Below, piece after piece: positions 12,760-24,348 of a stretch of DNA of 64,000 nt (positions within the stretch are counted from its first letter, which is position 1; every line of letters starts with the position of its first letter). The notes under the pieces were generated by a model that worked only from the letters and a program-made list of their open reading frames with translations, was not told the DNA's origin and did no database searches. Location of the stretch: the NCBI GenBank assembly GCA_964187785.1, contig OZ076409.1, positions 88,724,001 through 88,788,000 of the forward strand. Direction: 5' to 3'. Both the position numbers and the translations under genes were made by a program. Source of the stretch: Amphiscolops sp. MND2022 (taxonomy: Eukaryota).

Positions 12760-13205
12760 TGTTCATTGATAGAAGCATATCTGGAATAACCAACACTTCT
12801 ATTTGATTATATAGTGCACAATTAATAACTATCAGTTTACACCACCTTTAATTCTTCTGACTAACGAAAATATTGCGCATTCTATCTAATAAATGTATCA
12901 CGCATTAAGAGTATACACAGTTTCGCATTCGGATTTGAATGTAGGCGAAGCTCTCGGCGAACGAATATTTAACATTCATTCGCTTCATCTGCTTCATTCG
13001 CTTCAACATGCATAATTCACACTCGCTCGCTTCATCGCACGAGAATTGAATTGTCGTCGACAGCTTGAGAAATTTAAATCTCACGCTTACACTCCTTGCC
13101 GAGCAAAATCTGAATTTTTCAGTAGGTACTCGGATCACGAACAGAGTCGTGTGAAAAAGTTACATATTTCAGATTTCTATATTATTCCTGCTATCGCAGA
13201 AATAA
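12760..13205 (+). repeat. Unclassified interspersed repeat (copy 2)
   Basis: Aligns by eye with 3520-3990. Confidence 0.7.
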
Positions 13206-13783
13206 AAATGAGGGCTCAATTTTCTACGGGTCTAGCATTGTTCTGTGAGACAACCACTGTCGCTTTATTGAAACCGCGGCAAAAGCAATTTCAACTTTCC
13301 TGAGTTCAATTTTGAGCCAATAAGCACACTATGAAACTAGAGCCACATGTGCGGTAAAAGAGTCGGAAACGGATTAAAATATTGAAACGAATCACGTACT
13401 TTGTCATTTGGTCATTTTTGGACTAATTTTGGCTATGTTTCTCAGATCCCAGTATTACGCTTTTATGTCATTGCATACATAGGACCTTAATATGGTGTAG
13501 AATGACTGTAACAATTTTCGTTAGAATCGTATGAACAGGTTGAGAAAATCGGAAAAAGTCCGAAAATTTTTTATCATCTTTCTCACATTCCAGTAATACG
13601 ATTTTGATGTCACTGCGCACGCAGGAGCACCTTTGGTGTAGAACGACTGTGCTAAATTTAATTGAACAAGTAAGGACAGTTCTTAAGAAATTTTCATTGA
13701 GAGGTCGGGAGAAAAAGTACGATTGCCTAAGTAGTCGGAAATTTTTCCGACTCCTAAAAATCTTCGACAATGTCGCAACAAAC

Positions 13784-13998
13784 CCCGAGAATATTTCTAG
13801 GCACGTATCCCTTTTCGCTTTGGCTGGAACGCCCCAGCAGAGCAAACCACCATTCGGGTCCCTCCTCCTCGTCCCCTCTCCTCAACACCATCACTGCATC
13901 GCCCTCTATCACCGACAGCTCGTCATCGTTATTGGCATCGAAATTGTACAGAGCATACACGACACCACGGTTCATTATACCCAGTTTCTCTTGAACGC
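13784..13998 (-). CDS. ASPP: ASPP-family gene, coding exon 10 (SH3 domain)
   Basis: ttttcag acceptor; [29 protein letters not shown]...EWW...GYVPRNILG matches the ASPP SH3; probable phase-0 donor GTTTGT after NILG, otherwise reads on to the stop at 13754. Confidence 0.9.
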
Positions 13999-14547
13999 CT
14001 GAAAAAAAAACATTGTTGAAAACCCTTTGACAATCCCCAGAAAAAAATCATTATTTCCGGTCTTTCAATCGACTTATAAATAACACACAAGTAGTTCAAG
14101 TGTTATTGAAAGCCAGTAAAACAAAATTAACTATAACTTGAAATTGTGAAACATCAGCGAGGTGAGGACTGATAAATACAGAGGAAAAATTGTGCCCAAC
14201 TTTTTGCTGTTGATCAACTGGAGTCATCCAAAAATTCGACTGGAACATGAATACAAGCACCCTGAAAAGCACTGTCGGCCAAATCTTAAGGTTAAAAACT
14301 ACGTTCAATTATGTTTTACATGTATACACATTAAGTATACATTATATGTCTGTATACAAATTAAGATCTAGCAACGCACTATGGGTTTCTGGTAATATTT
14401 AGTGAAGCTACAAAAGCTTCTTAATGAATTTGAAGAAGTAGATCTTATATTTCCAAATAGATATTGTGGCAAAAACGATTGGACAAAGAAATTCGAAATG
14501 AATTTAAGTGGCGCCTCGGGACTTCAGACAATAAAAACGTGACTCAC

Positions 14548-14848
14548 CATAAAGATACTGACTGCAGGAAGCGTAGTTGGGCTCCTGCTCCTCACATTTG
14601 TCAGCAGGAGTCTCCCCGTCACTGAAAGTTCGGGCGAATATGCATGCCCCGTGTTCAACGAGGTACTTGACCATCATGACGTTGTTACACGAAGCAGCGC
14701 AGTGCAGGGGCGTCCAACCGTCCGAGTCGGCCGCGTTGACGTCACAGCCGTGCTGCACGAGGAAGTCCACAACTGACGCGTGTCCCGCACAAATTGCGTT
14801 GTGCAGCGCTGTGATGCCTTCGTCATTGCCATCGGAAGGGTTATCCAG
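14548..14848 (-). CDS. ASPP: ASPP-family gene, coding exon 9 (ankyrin repeats)
   Basis: [23 protein letters not shown]...[16 protein letters not shown]; tttcag acceptor, GTGAGT donor, phase 0 to 1. Confidence 0.95.
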
Positions 14849-15028
14849 CTGAAACATCACATCGAAGGATATCAATCGCAAGCACAGATTTGACATTGCT
14901 ATTTTTTCACTAATCGCTAAACCGCTAATTTCAAATCGCTATTTCGCTGAAAAACTTTTCTTACAAATATTAAATGTTTGTTCAAACTATTAAATTCAAG
15001 TTTGTTGTGAATGTAAATGATAAATTAA

Positions 15029-15547
15029 CTCTTAATGGACGATAGGGTCGAATTCGCTCCAGTTAGTTTCGGCAAACTTCTGAAGGCACAACTGACCGTA
15101 TGGTGAAGAAAACTTGAATTATATTTTCAGACGATATTACATAGCATTGCACGCCTTTCCACGGAACATTGACTTCATGTCTCAGAAATCAAGAAAACGG
15201 GAGCAAAAAATCAAGCAAATTGAGTGCAGATTTTCGGTTTTTCCAATTTCCGTTTGGGGCCACTTCATCCCACTGGTATCAAGATTGCAAGATTGGGTCA
15301 AAGCGGCCCTATCATGTTTTGAAATGATGTCAGGAAAGGCGTGCAAGGTTTTGGGGGCAAAGTCCGTAGCCAGTGTGGCGAAGCCGTCAGCCCAGCAGTT
15401 CAAAAATCAATTTGAAGGCCTTGATTGTCTTCTTTTGAACGCGCTATAAATGGTTTGCCGGACTCGAATAGTTTAGGAGATATTGCGGTTTAAAGTTTAA
15501 GCACCAGATTCTTGTAAGGATCCGGAAATTTCCTCGTCCATTTAGGG
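15029..15547. mobile_element. piggyBac-like MITE
   Basis: TTAA TSD (15025-15028, 15548-15551); TIR ctcttaatggacga / tcgtccatttaggg. Confidence 0.8.
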
Positions 15548-15824
15548 TTAATTCAGTTTTCGCAAAGACAAAAGACGAGAATTTTCCAAACTGTGTGGGA
15601 TTTACAGGGGTTCGAAAATTCACAGTTCGAAATTCATTTTGAAATTCCGTGTATACTCCGAGGAAATTTTGAATTTGAACAATCTACTCGTTGCCGCTAA
15701 CTTGAATCGTAAAAAATTGGAATGCTAATTAGCGAGGTCCAAACTCTGATCACAAGTGTTTGAAACATTTAAAATGCCTTCAGTACTCTCCACAGAAATA
15801 GTTTGCAATATACAATATGATTCG

Positions 15825-16548
15825 AAACAAGCCGGGACCGGCCCAAGTCGGGGCCATATCCAAGGCTCAAAAATAGCGAAAGGAATTCCCAGTGTCAATT
15901 TACAGTACTCGAAAATCAAAAACAAAAATATGAACCGAGTGGCGCGCCGGGGCCCGCTAGCGCGAGCCCCTGGCGCTCTAAAAGTGGGACACTTCCGAAA
16001 TTGTCAACATTTTTGTCGCAGTTGAAGGGGGACCCTTTGGAGAAAAAACAAATTTTCGAAAAAAAAGTCTCACAATGCCGAAAAACTGAAAGGGGGACCC
16101 TTTGGGATTTTAAAACACCCAATCTGTTGTAAAACATCAAAGAAATTGAAGGGGGGACCCTTTGGAGAGAAAAAAATAGAAAAAAAGTCTCACAATGCCG
16201 AAAAACTGAAAGGGGGACCCTTTGGGGGTTTTTCAACATCCATTCTGTCGCAAAACAGCAAAAAATTGAAGGGGGACCCTTTGGGGAAAATTTTTTTTCC
16301 GAAAAAAAAGTCTCGCAGTGCCGAAAAAATTGAAAGGGGGACCTTTTTGTCTCGCCCGGTATGGTATGTTACGCGGGAAAACAGGAAAAACTTTTTTGGT
16401 TCAGTTCGCTAGACCAAATAGTGCAATTTGGTGCAATAATATTTTGTAGAACTTTTAAGAACTATTTTGGCCAGTTCGTGTGGATTGAAAAAAAAAAGAA
16501 AAGCCACTATAACAGTCGCGTTTCACTTCATGAAGCGCCGACTAAAAA
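15825..16548 (+). mobile_element. Complete HINE/DINE-1-like element with internal tandem repeats
   Basis: aaacaagccgggaccgg start; about 120-bp units containing gaagggggaccctttgg in 16020-16345; terminal hairpin ...gaagcgccgactaaaaa. Confidence 0.8.
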
Positions 16549-16759
16549 GATATCATCAATGCAATATATTTAAATTATTCGAATAAATCAATTCGTAGTG
16601 CAAATACGGAAAAAACGAATTTTAAAGCAATGAGGACCAATAGTGAACTTTGGGATATTTTCCGGATAGAAATTAGAATTAGATCGACTGGTTTTTCGTT
16701 AAAGATGAGAAACAATGACAGAGGAAACCCAAAAACAGTCCCAAGAAATATTTGGTTAC

Positions 16760-17004
16760 CTGATTGAAAAGATTCTCCACTAGAGCTAAGTCGCCATCGA
16801 GAGCTGCATCGAGGAAGAGAGCCAATTTGTCAAAAGTAACTCGTCTTTTCTGCCGCCCGTCGGACGAATTATTCAGTGGCCTATTTTTCTTCAAAATTCC
16901 AACCACTGGTTTCTTCGAGGGAACAGATGGGGGTTTGAAACTGCTCATCTGGTTTTCCTCGCCTTCAAAGTATTGTGGGTTTCTGTTTTGTAGTATTACC
17001 AAAT
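16760..17004 (-). CDS. ASPP: ASPP-family gene, coding exon 8 (GILK and RVxF PP1-binding motifs, start of ankyrin region)
   Basis: ttctttatag acceptor (phase 1); VGILKK...KRRVTFDKLALFLDAALDGDL; GTAACC donor, phase 0. Confidence 0.88.
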
Positions 17005-17079
17005 CTATAAAGAAAATTTTCAAGCTCTTCTTTCAATATGAAAAAAACTGAACCAGGTTTCTTTTATCCATCCCCTCGG

Positions 17080-17280
17080 TACACCTTGTTTCTTATCGCC
17101 CCCACCCAACACGAAAAGTTTCGCGCTTGAAAAAGCTTACTGGGCGAATGAAAGAATTTGGTACAGCTATAAATACTTATAGGATTGTCTCTAAAGTTGT
17201 TTCGACACTTGCAGCAGAAAATTGTCGTGACTTTTTGATATTTTTTCCAAAAAGCGAAAATTAATGCATGAAACAAGGTA
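17080..17280. mobile_element. Tc1/mariner-like MITE
   Basis: ta-caccttgtttc ... gaaacaaggta inverted ends with TA termini; related mini-copy at 17657-17721. Confidence 0.45.
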
Positions 17281-17350
17281 AAATGGTATAGAAAAGCCCT
17301 TATTTTAACGCAAATTTTCTCCGCCATAAATTAAAATGAGCAACTTTATC

Positions 17351-17562
17351 AGTTTAAGCACCAGATTCTTGTAAGGATCCGGAACTTTCCTCGTCCATTT
17401 AGGGTTAATTCAGTTTTCGCAAAGACAAAAGACGAGAATTTTTCATGCTGTGTGGGATTTACAAAAGTAAGAGTTCGAAATTGATTTTGAAATTCCGTGT
17501 ATACTCCGAGGACATTTTGAATTTGGACAATCTATTCGCTGCCGCTAACTTGAATCGTAAAA
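17351..17562 (+). repeat. About 210-bp copy of 15494-15713 inserted with a 14-bp flanking duplication
   Basis: Near-identical to the piggyBac MITE end plus adjacent unique intron DNA; taaaatgagcaact at 17332-17345 and 17558-17571. Confidence 0.9.
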
Positions 17563-17656
17563 TGAGCAACTCTAAATCAATGTAAAAGATAGGATTATGT
17601 CGACATCAATTATTTTATTGGAACGAAATACCAGCCCAAACGATGTCGACAATGTA

Positions 17657-17721
17657 TTTGAACCTTGTTTCTTATTTCCCACCCGCGGCCGCTAGGGAGG
17701 GAATAAGAAACATGGTTCAAA
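17657..17721. repeat. Short inverted repeat / mini-MITE
   Basis: tttgaaccttgtttcttatttccc ... gggaataagaaacatggttcaaa, arms about 23 bp. Confidence 0.6.
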
Positions 17722-17881
17722 AAACGTCTCACAGCATGAGCCAAATTCCGGTTAAATATCAAGTACAACAGCTCCATAACCTGCCATTTCATCGTCAAAG
17801 CATTACAAAGGTCATAATATGAAACAGTTTGGAAGCTAATGTGAGGGAAAAGAAAAGCAAATGATCAGAAATTACTCCAAC

Positions 17882-19355
17882 CTTTGTTTTCCATGTTCAT
17901 CAATGATGATCGTCTTCGTATTTGCTTCGCCCCAGTAGTCTTGTCAATATGAATGGAAGACTTCGAGCCATCGATCATTTTCTCTTCGTTCACACGATTA
18001 ATCTGTGAACCCACAGTGTCAGAAAACCCTCCGACAACATCTACTGTAGTTGTACTTTTGAATTTGGGCGGCTCGGGAAAAAGTCTCTCATAAGCAGAAG
18101 GTCGAGGGTAATACACAGGCACTGCAGACGGAGCCACGGGAACAGTAGTGTCTGGATTATTTTTTCTGGAAGCCTCATTTACAGGTACATTATTTTCATT
18201 AGATTGATTAGACACAAATTGCTGTAGAATGGGATACTGATGAATGACAGGGTTCTTTGCAGAGTCTTCCAAATCCATATCGACTCTTAACGTTTCATCA
18301 CTCAAACGGTCTTCAGCGGTGTAAATCCCGCTCGATTTGCTGTCATTTGATTTGACACCACTGCTTCCAGTTTTGATCTGATTTCTGGGATCCGAACCAT
18401 AAGCATCGCTATAATCAAAAACTTGTTCTGAGGTTGGAAACTTGAGCTCTCTCCTCACTTGACTTGGTCCCCCATTGTTGGATGCGATTTCTCCATAGTT
18501 GTTAGACACTGGAGGACTCTGACGAACTGTGTTACTGACAGTATTACTCACGCTGGCATGTTTTGGTTTTTCTGAGTTGTAATGAGACTTCGCATCTACC
18601 ATTGACTGATGACTATCACGAGAAGGAACATTCAGATTTTTCTGGACTGGGGAATAAATGGGACTTTTTCTGTCGAGACTTGAATCATTCTTCAGCTGCA
18701 TGGGCCTCACAGCAGCCAACTTCTGATTGCGCTCTTCTGGGTTGAAGTCAGACCTCACGCCTTGATGAGGGTCTTCTTGGTACTTTTGCTTCAAAGAATA
18801 TGTGTTAGGACTGTGAGCTGGGGAATTAGAAAACGGAGACGCACTTGGACTTCCGGTGGAGCCACCACGGCTGCCATTGGAACTGCTCATTTTAAGACTT
18901 GGCACGGGCGAAGGAGGTATTTTGCCGTTACTGAGATTAATATCGATGAAGGCATTTGCAAACTTGTTACTGTTGTCAAATGTTTGACTTTTATCAGGAG
19001 TATTAATGGTCGGAGACGGGTTGCTGGGTGTCAAACGCATGGGCGAGACTTGGGCGACGGGTGGAGGATGGTCTTGTCTGCTGTCGAATCTTCGGATAGG
19101 TGCAAACTGGTTGCGAATCGTAGAGGCATTGCTCTCGCTGACTCTACTGGTGTTGTTAATGGACTCGCTCGGTTCTGCATTAGGCGTGACAGAGTGCAAT
19201 TGTGGAGCTTGCTGTTGGTCTTTGATTAGATTGATTCTGTCATTTAATGCTTTCATTTTGGCATGCAGGTTGTCCAGTTCAGTGACACGTTCAGTTAAAT
19301 AAGATTTACGGGCTTCTAGTTTCATACTTTGCTCTTTGTTCATCATGTTCCTCAT
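17882..19355 (-). CDS. ASPP: ASPP-family gene, coding exon 7 (long Ser/Pro/Asn-rich region)
   Basis: 1474-nt open exon; ttgtag acceptor phase 0, donor phase 1 compatible with exon 8; N-terminal coiled coil. Confidence 0.85.
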
Positions 19356-19823
19356 CTACAACACCAAACAAAACCTTTAATGAAGAGAAAATTCTGTTGA
19401 AAATTTGTTCGAAGGTTACAACCATAACGGCGAAAACGGTGATAGAAACGTTTTTAATCATGTCTAGTCACCATTCATCTCACGGTGCCGAGAATTCAAA
19501 AAACGAGAATTATGTACGTCAGCTGAAGATTGTAATGTCTGGACTGGAGTGATTTTAACAATTGGCACTGATTTTGGACTTCAGAATATTATTGACTTGA
19601 AACCAAAATTACTGATTGAAGTTAACGATTGGCAGTTGTGGCGCTTTCTTAAGCCCATTAGGTAGATAAGCGAGTGATAGAGTTAATGAAGAGTTTTATA
19701 GAATTTTAGTTGCAAAAACTACAAATTAACTCTAATCAGGTTTGATGAAAGCTTGCGAGAAAATTTCATAAAAAGACGTCTTTTCTTTTAAAGATCAATT
19801 ACGGCAAAAATGAGGAAACTAAC

Positions 19824-20068
19824 TAAAAGTTGAGAGTTCATCCGATCGAAGACCAGATTATTTCCACTTTCAGCTCCAATTTTGTTCTGCAGGTACAACG
19901 TGGAACTGTCCACAGCAGCAGAAGATGAAGCATTTGGCCATGGCAACACTTGAGTTGAGGCTCGCAGTGCTTCCAGCTGTGACGTAAGCTCTTCCACTTT
20001 GGCCACGGCCACCGAAAGTTCTTTCTCCTTGTCCGAAAACATGGCACGAACTGAGTCCAGCTCAGTCA
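19824..20068 (-). CDS. ASPP: ASPP-family gene, coding exon 6 (coiled coil)
   Basis: ELDSVRAMFSDKEKELSVAVAKVEELTSQLEAL is the conserved ASPP coiled coil; phase 1 to 0. Confidence 0.9.
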
Positions 20069-21267
20069 CTGAAAAGCAAACCAACTTTCACAAACCTCTT
20101 TCTGTAGATTCAACAAAGCACTGCAAATATTTGACACAGCGAGCGTTTCACCGGTCAAACGTTCAATATGTTTGACAGACTTATAAGGATTATATCAAGT
20201 ATCAGGTCAAATGTATTTGACATTGCTACTTGAAAAATCGATTAAATTATGTCAACTGGTTTTTCAATTTTCAACGAGACTCATGAAAACTTTGATAGCA
20301 GGACGCACTTTTAAAACGTGAATAAAGCGTTCAAATTGAACAATTCACATATTGATCAAACAAACTGCTGTGAACATGACGAGTATTTAATAAATCAATC
20401 GACCAGAAAGTTGATACCGTGTTGTGAAATCAAGTGGTTTTTGAATTTGGAAAAATGTTGTCGGTTCACATGTATTGTAGTCCAAAAAAGGCGCAATTTC
20501 ATGTCACATTGCTGACACAATAGAAGGGCTCCAATGTTAGTTTAAAAATAATCAGCTTTTCTGGGAATATTGGTTCCCATGTTTGAAGCCATAAACACAA
20601 GACTTGTACCAAAACTTGTATAATACATTAAGCTAATAAAATAGAACTTCGAGCAATGACAGCAGCTTCAAACGTCCAGTGTTCATACAGACGTCGAGCA
20701 GAAGTAATGCTCGTCAACTCAATGTTGTTAATACCGCCTAAAGCGTCCGTGACAGGCAGGGTTGACAATTAAACGTTTATTAATAAACAGTCGCTGACAG
20801 TTAAAAAAACAATGATTTTATAGTTAAATCTGTTTCATTGGTAAATCATTCATTCCTAGGATGAATTCGAACCAAGTTTTGTTGGCGATCTAACTTAGCG
20901 GCCAGATGAAAATGAGCTTGTAGATTTTATTTCATTACGTCAAAAAATGAAACTCATTTTCGGCAAAAACAATTTTCGAAAGTAGTAAAAATCGTACGAA
21001 ATTGGGTTTTACTTGGTTGAGTTTACGAAAAAAATGGTTATACTTTTCCAAAATCCCTTTTTGGCAAAGTCCAGATCTCTCAAAAGTCCTTCACCCATAA
21101 AGAAAGGCAACCCCATACCCTTCCACAAAAAGAACTTGCGCAACAAAACCCAAAAATGCTGTTTTACTTCAAGCCTCCGCGCAGCGGCGGTACCGAAAAA
21201 AAAATCTGCAGAACGATGGCGCGCGGCGACAGGGGCTCACTTAACAAAATGAAAGCTCAGTCCCAGA

Positions 21268-21870
21268 CAGGGTTGGCCATTCCAAGTTTTAATTTAATTT
21301 TAAGCAAAACAAACGTTTCAAACGTTTTAAAACATGTTTAAAATTCCCTCGAACAAAGATAGAAAAACAAGCTTGAAAGAATGAACTTATTCAATGACAT
21401 TCAAATATCGAGTCACAAAACTAAGTTTTTCAACTTTCTGAACTCCAAGCCTGTTGCGAAGATCAGAATGGATGGACTAGGCATACCATCTCGAGTGCCA
21501 ATTTCAGCAATTCTTCAGGATAGGTTTTCATTTTCACTTGACATTTTATAAAATTACTCATTTGAGGCCTACTTGTCTGTCTACATCGATTTCTTGTACA
21601 TGAAGTAAAAACCTTTGATCGGACTATATCGTATTCAAAATAAAACAATGTTTTAAAACTGTTTTAAAAGGTGAAGCGACAATTCGGACCACGCGCCGAA
21701 TTCGGACCAAATGTATAAATTCGGACCAAATTTATATATTCGGACCAAGGGTTACAGGCTAATTACAGGGGTAATTTGGTCCGAATCTGGCTTTGGTCCG
21801 AATTTGTATTTTGGTCCGAATTGTCGTAGAGCCGTTTTAAAACATCCATGTTTTATATTGGCCAACTTTG
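21268..21870. mobile_element. hAT-type MITE
   Basis: 8-bp TSD gtcccaga (21260-21267, 21871-21878); TIR cagggttggcca / tggccaactttg. Confidence 0.85.
21670..21833. mobile_element. MULE-like MITE nested in the hAT MITE
   Basis: 9-bp TSD gttttaaaa; fold-back with 4 ttcggacc and 3 ggtccgaa motifs. Confidence 0.8.
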
Positions 21871-22145
21871 GTCCCAGACCTTTCAAACGCGCTTTAGTTC
21901 AGTTCTCTGGTATGCGTAGTTGGAGATATTAATGATTGATAATGTTTAATCAGATTTTTGGAAAATTTTCAAAAACACCCAGGTCAATTAGGGCAATTAG
22001 GGTTAAAAAGTGCTTCCAGTTATATACTTTGTTAATCATACTAATTTGAACCTTATATAGTTAGAACCACGAGCACTGCCGTATATACACAGTCAAGTAT
22101 ATTATTTCATTTCCATTTGTTTTGATAATGATAACCGTGACTTAC

Positions 22146-22497
22146 TGAGATGCTGATTGGTAGGAGCCAAAGGTGCTCCGAGGCGGTTTTCATTTGATGA
22201 TGATGATGAAATGTTGGCACTGTCGTTGGGCGTGAATCGGTTGTGGACGCTAGTGTGCTGCACTTTCTGGGAAGCGATCACCTTGTTTCCCGACCCTTCA
22301 CTCGCCGAGTAACTGCGACTGCGTTCGAACTCCTCCTTCAGCCTCTGCAGCTGTCCCGATGCCTGATCTAATGGGCTACTACCAGTGGGTGTTTCAAGCG
22401 CGGCCGCATTCCGCTGGTCAGTCAAGAGTGAGTTTCTAGCAGGTCTTCCACGGCCAAGAGAGTCTGAATTGTTTCCTCGATTCCCATCTGTGTAATT
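22146..22497 (-). CDS. ASPP: ASPP-family gene, coding exon 5
   Basis: tttcag acceptor phase 0, GTAAGT donor phase 1; open frame with LQRLKEEFER; phase-compatible with both neighbours. Confidence 0.75.
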
Positions 22498-23463
22498 CTG
22501 AAACATCCAATTTTGCTGAAGCGAATTCGAACATGGGTTTGCAATTGTAGTTGGCATTTTAATCAGTGGCGGCATGTAAAAAGGAACAAATAAAAGGGTA
22601 GGGTAAAAAAATCGTCAAGTACATGCTTAGCGTACAAGATAGGCTTTATAACATCAAAACATGCAGGTAAGAAGCGCGCACATTTGAATGTTCGGTCAAA
22701 TTTGTTTCACGACTGCTTAGGGAGCATAGCTAGATTCAAGGCAGCTTTTGTTGAGTGAAATTAGAGTTTGGTTGTTTCCTGGTATAAATATGCTACTCTT
22801 CCCAAACGAACCGTATATGTGCCAGACTGAATGAATTTCATTACTCCGGTTCAGTTGAGCACATTTAATGCCAGTGGCGAATATTTCAAAAGGAGCTGCG
22901 GTACTAAATTAATTCCTTTCAGGCTCTCTGCAGATTGTGCGTGGTTTCAACCAAGATGGAATAGAATACACTCTAAGTTGTTTCAGCGGTTGTAGTTTCT
23001 TTCCGTAATAAGAAAATCACAACGAGCGGTCTTGTCAGGAGTACTAAATTTAGCAACAACAGCAAAACAGACAGGGAGATCTCGCTGATCAGACACTAAG
23101 TCGTGCATGAAATCGCGGCCGGGTAAAGGTCATAGAAATTCTGCAATGAACTCTTGCATGTATCTCAACCTCAGTCAGGTAACAGTCTAAAATCCATATA
23201 AATCTCGTTTCACGTTTGTTCTACATTTGTCGCCATAGCGCAAAGTTTGCGAAAGTTGAATTTGAAATGAAAAATGAACTGATTCAAACGCTATAAAAAT
23301 ACCTGGCTCAAATAACTTTCACAAAGATCACTGATCATATGTTCTCACCGCCTTCTCTTCTTACGTGTGCATGCAAATGTAAATGGGCATGTATGCACTT
23401 GGGTATAACCTTTTAAAGCGACACGCCGCCAACAAGCAATCGCAGAGGTATCCATCAGTGCTA

Positions 23464-23699
23464 TAGTTCACGAGGGAGGGCTGTCATAAATCTGACAATC
23501 CCTCGGGTGCTTCCCATGAAACCATATAATTTCCGACGATCAATAAAATTTGAGATACATTGTCCTAATTTATACCCTCCACTTACCGATGTTTTCCAAA
23601 TTCATTTTATAGGACCGCTATTGACACTGTAAGGAGGCTCTGCAGCTTGCAGCGTACTGACACCCAAACTCTTTTCACTGACACGCCCTCCATGTACTA
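23464..23699. mobile_element. Degenerate MITE
   Basis: Imperfect TIR tagttcacgagggagggctgtca / tgacacgccctccatgtacta. Confidence 0.4.
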
Positions 23700-24280
23700 A
23701 GGGCAAAAAGTTCTATATCTCTTTACACCATATCACGGTTTCAGTACGCGCGGTCCTTATATTTTTTTATTAGAAATTTGTGGGTATATATTGAGAAAAC
23801 CTGATTCCAGACAAAAAAGGAGAACTTTTTTCTTTAAAGGGTTGTTGGAATTTAACCAAAAGGATAACTTTTGTCTATGTCTAAGGGTATATATGGTTAT
23901 AAAAGTATATATGGTTATAAAATGAGCACCTTGCTAAAAGGGTGTCTTTACAAATTTCCAGTAAGTACCAGAATGAATACTATTTGGTGTGGCCAAAAAT
24001 CATAGTCTGAAGTGGTTATTCAAGTGAGGCAAAAACGTTCCAAAAATTGTCAGAAATCGGAGTATTGTGAAAAGTAGGAAGACATTTCAAAAATCACACT
24101 AGTACATTTAGGTTCCGTAGTTTTGACTTCCTTCCTCCAGTCGAATGAACAAAAGTTTATTTTGTCATCAAGTAGATGGTATGACGGGACCGAAGATAAC
24201 ATCTCACTTGGAAGCTGTGAAAATCACCTCATTGAAAATCGGCAATGCCGCGGTAGAAGTGAATTTTAAATTGCATTGCA

Positions 24281-24348
24281 TAGCATGACAAAATCCCAAA
24301 TGAAAATCTCGAATCTTCACGAGTTTTCACTTGGGATTTGTCATGCTA
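24281..24348 (-). other. 68-nt near-perfect intronic hairpin
   Basis: tagcatgacaaaatcccaaatgaaaatctcg-aatcttca-cgagttttcacttgggatttgtcatgcta. Confidence 0.8.

Noticed and set aside
16020..16345. Regularly spaced gaagggggaccctttgg repeats as a CRISPR-like array
   Set aside because: The spacers are themselves repeated; this is the internal minisatellite of HINE elements in a eukaryotic genome with no cas genes.
17080..17790. Two similar segments as mutually exclusive ASPP exons
   Set aside because: The shared sequence is a MITE TIR; exon 7 splices in phase directly to exon 8.
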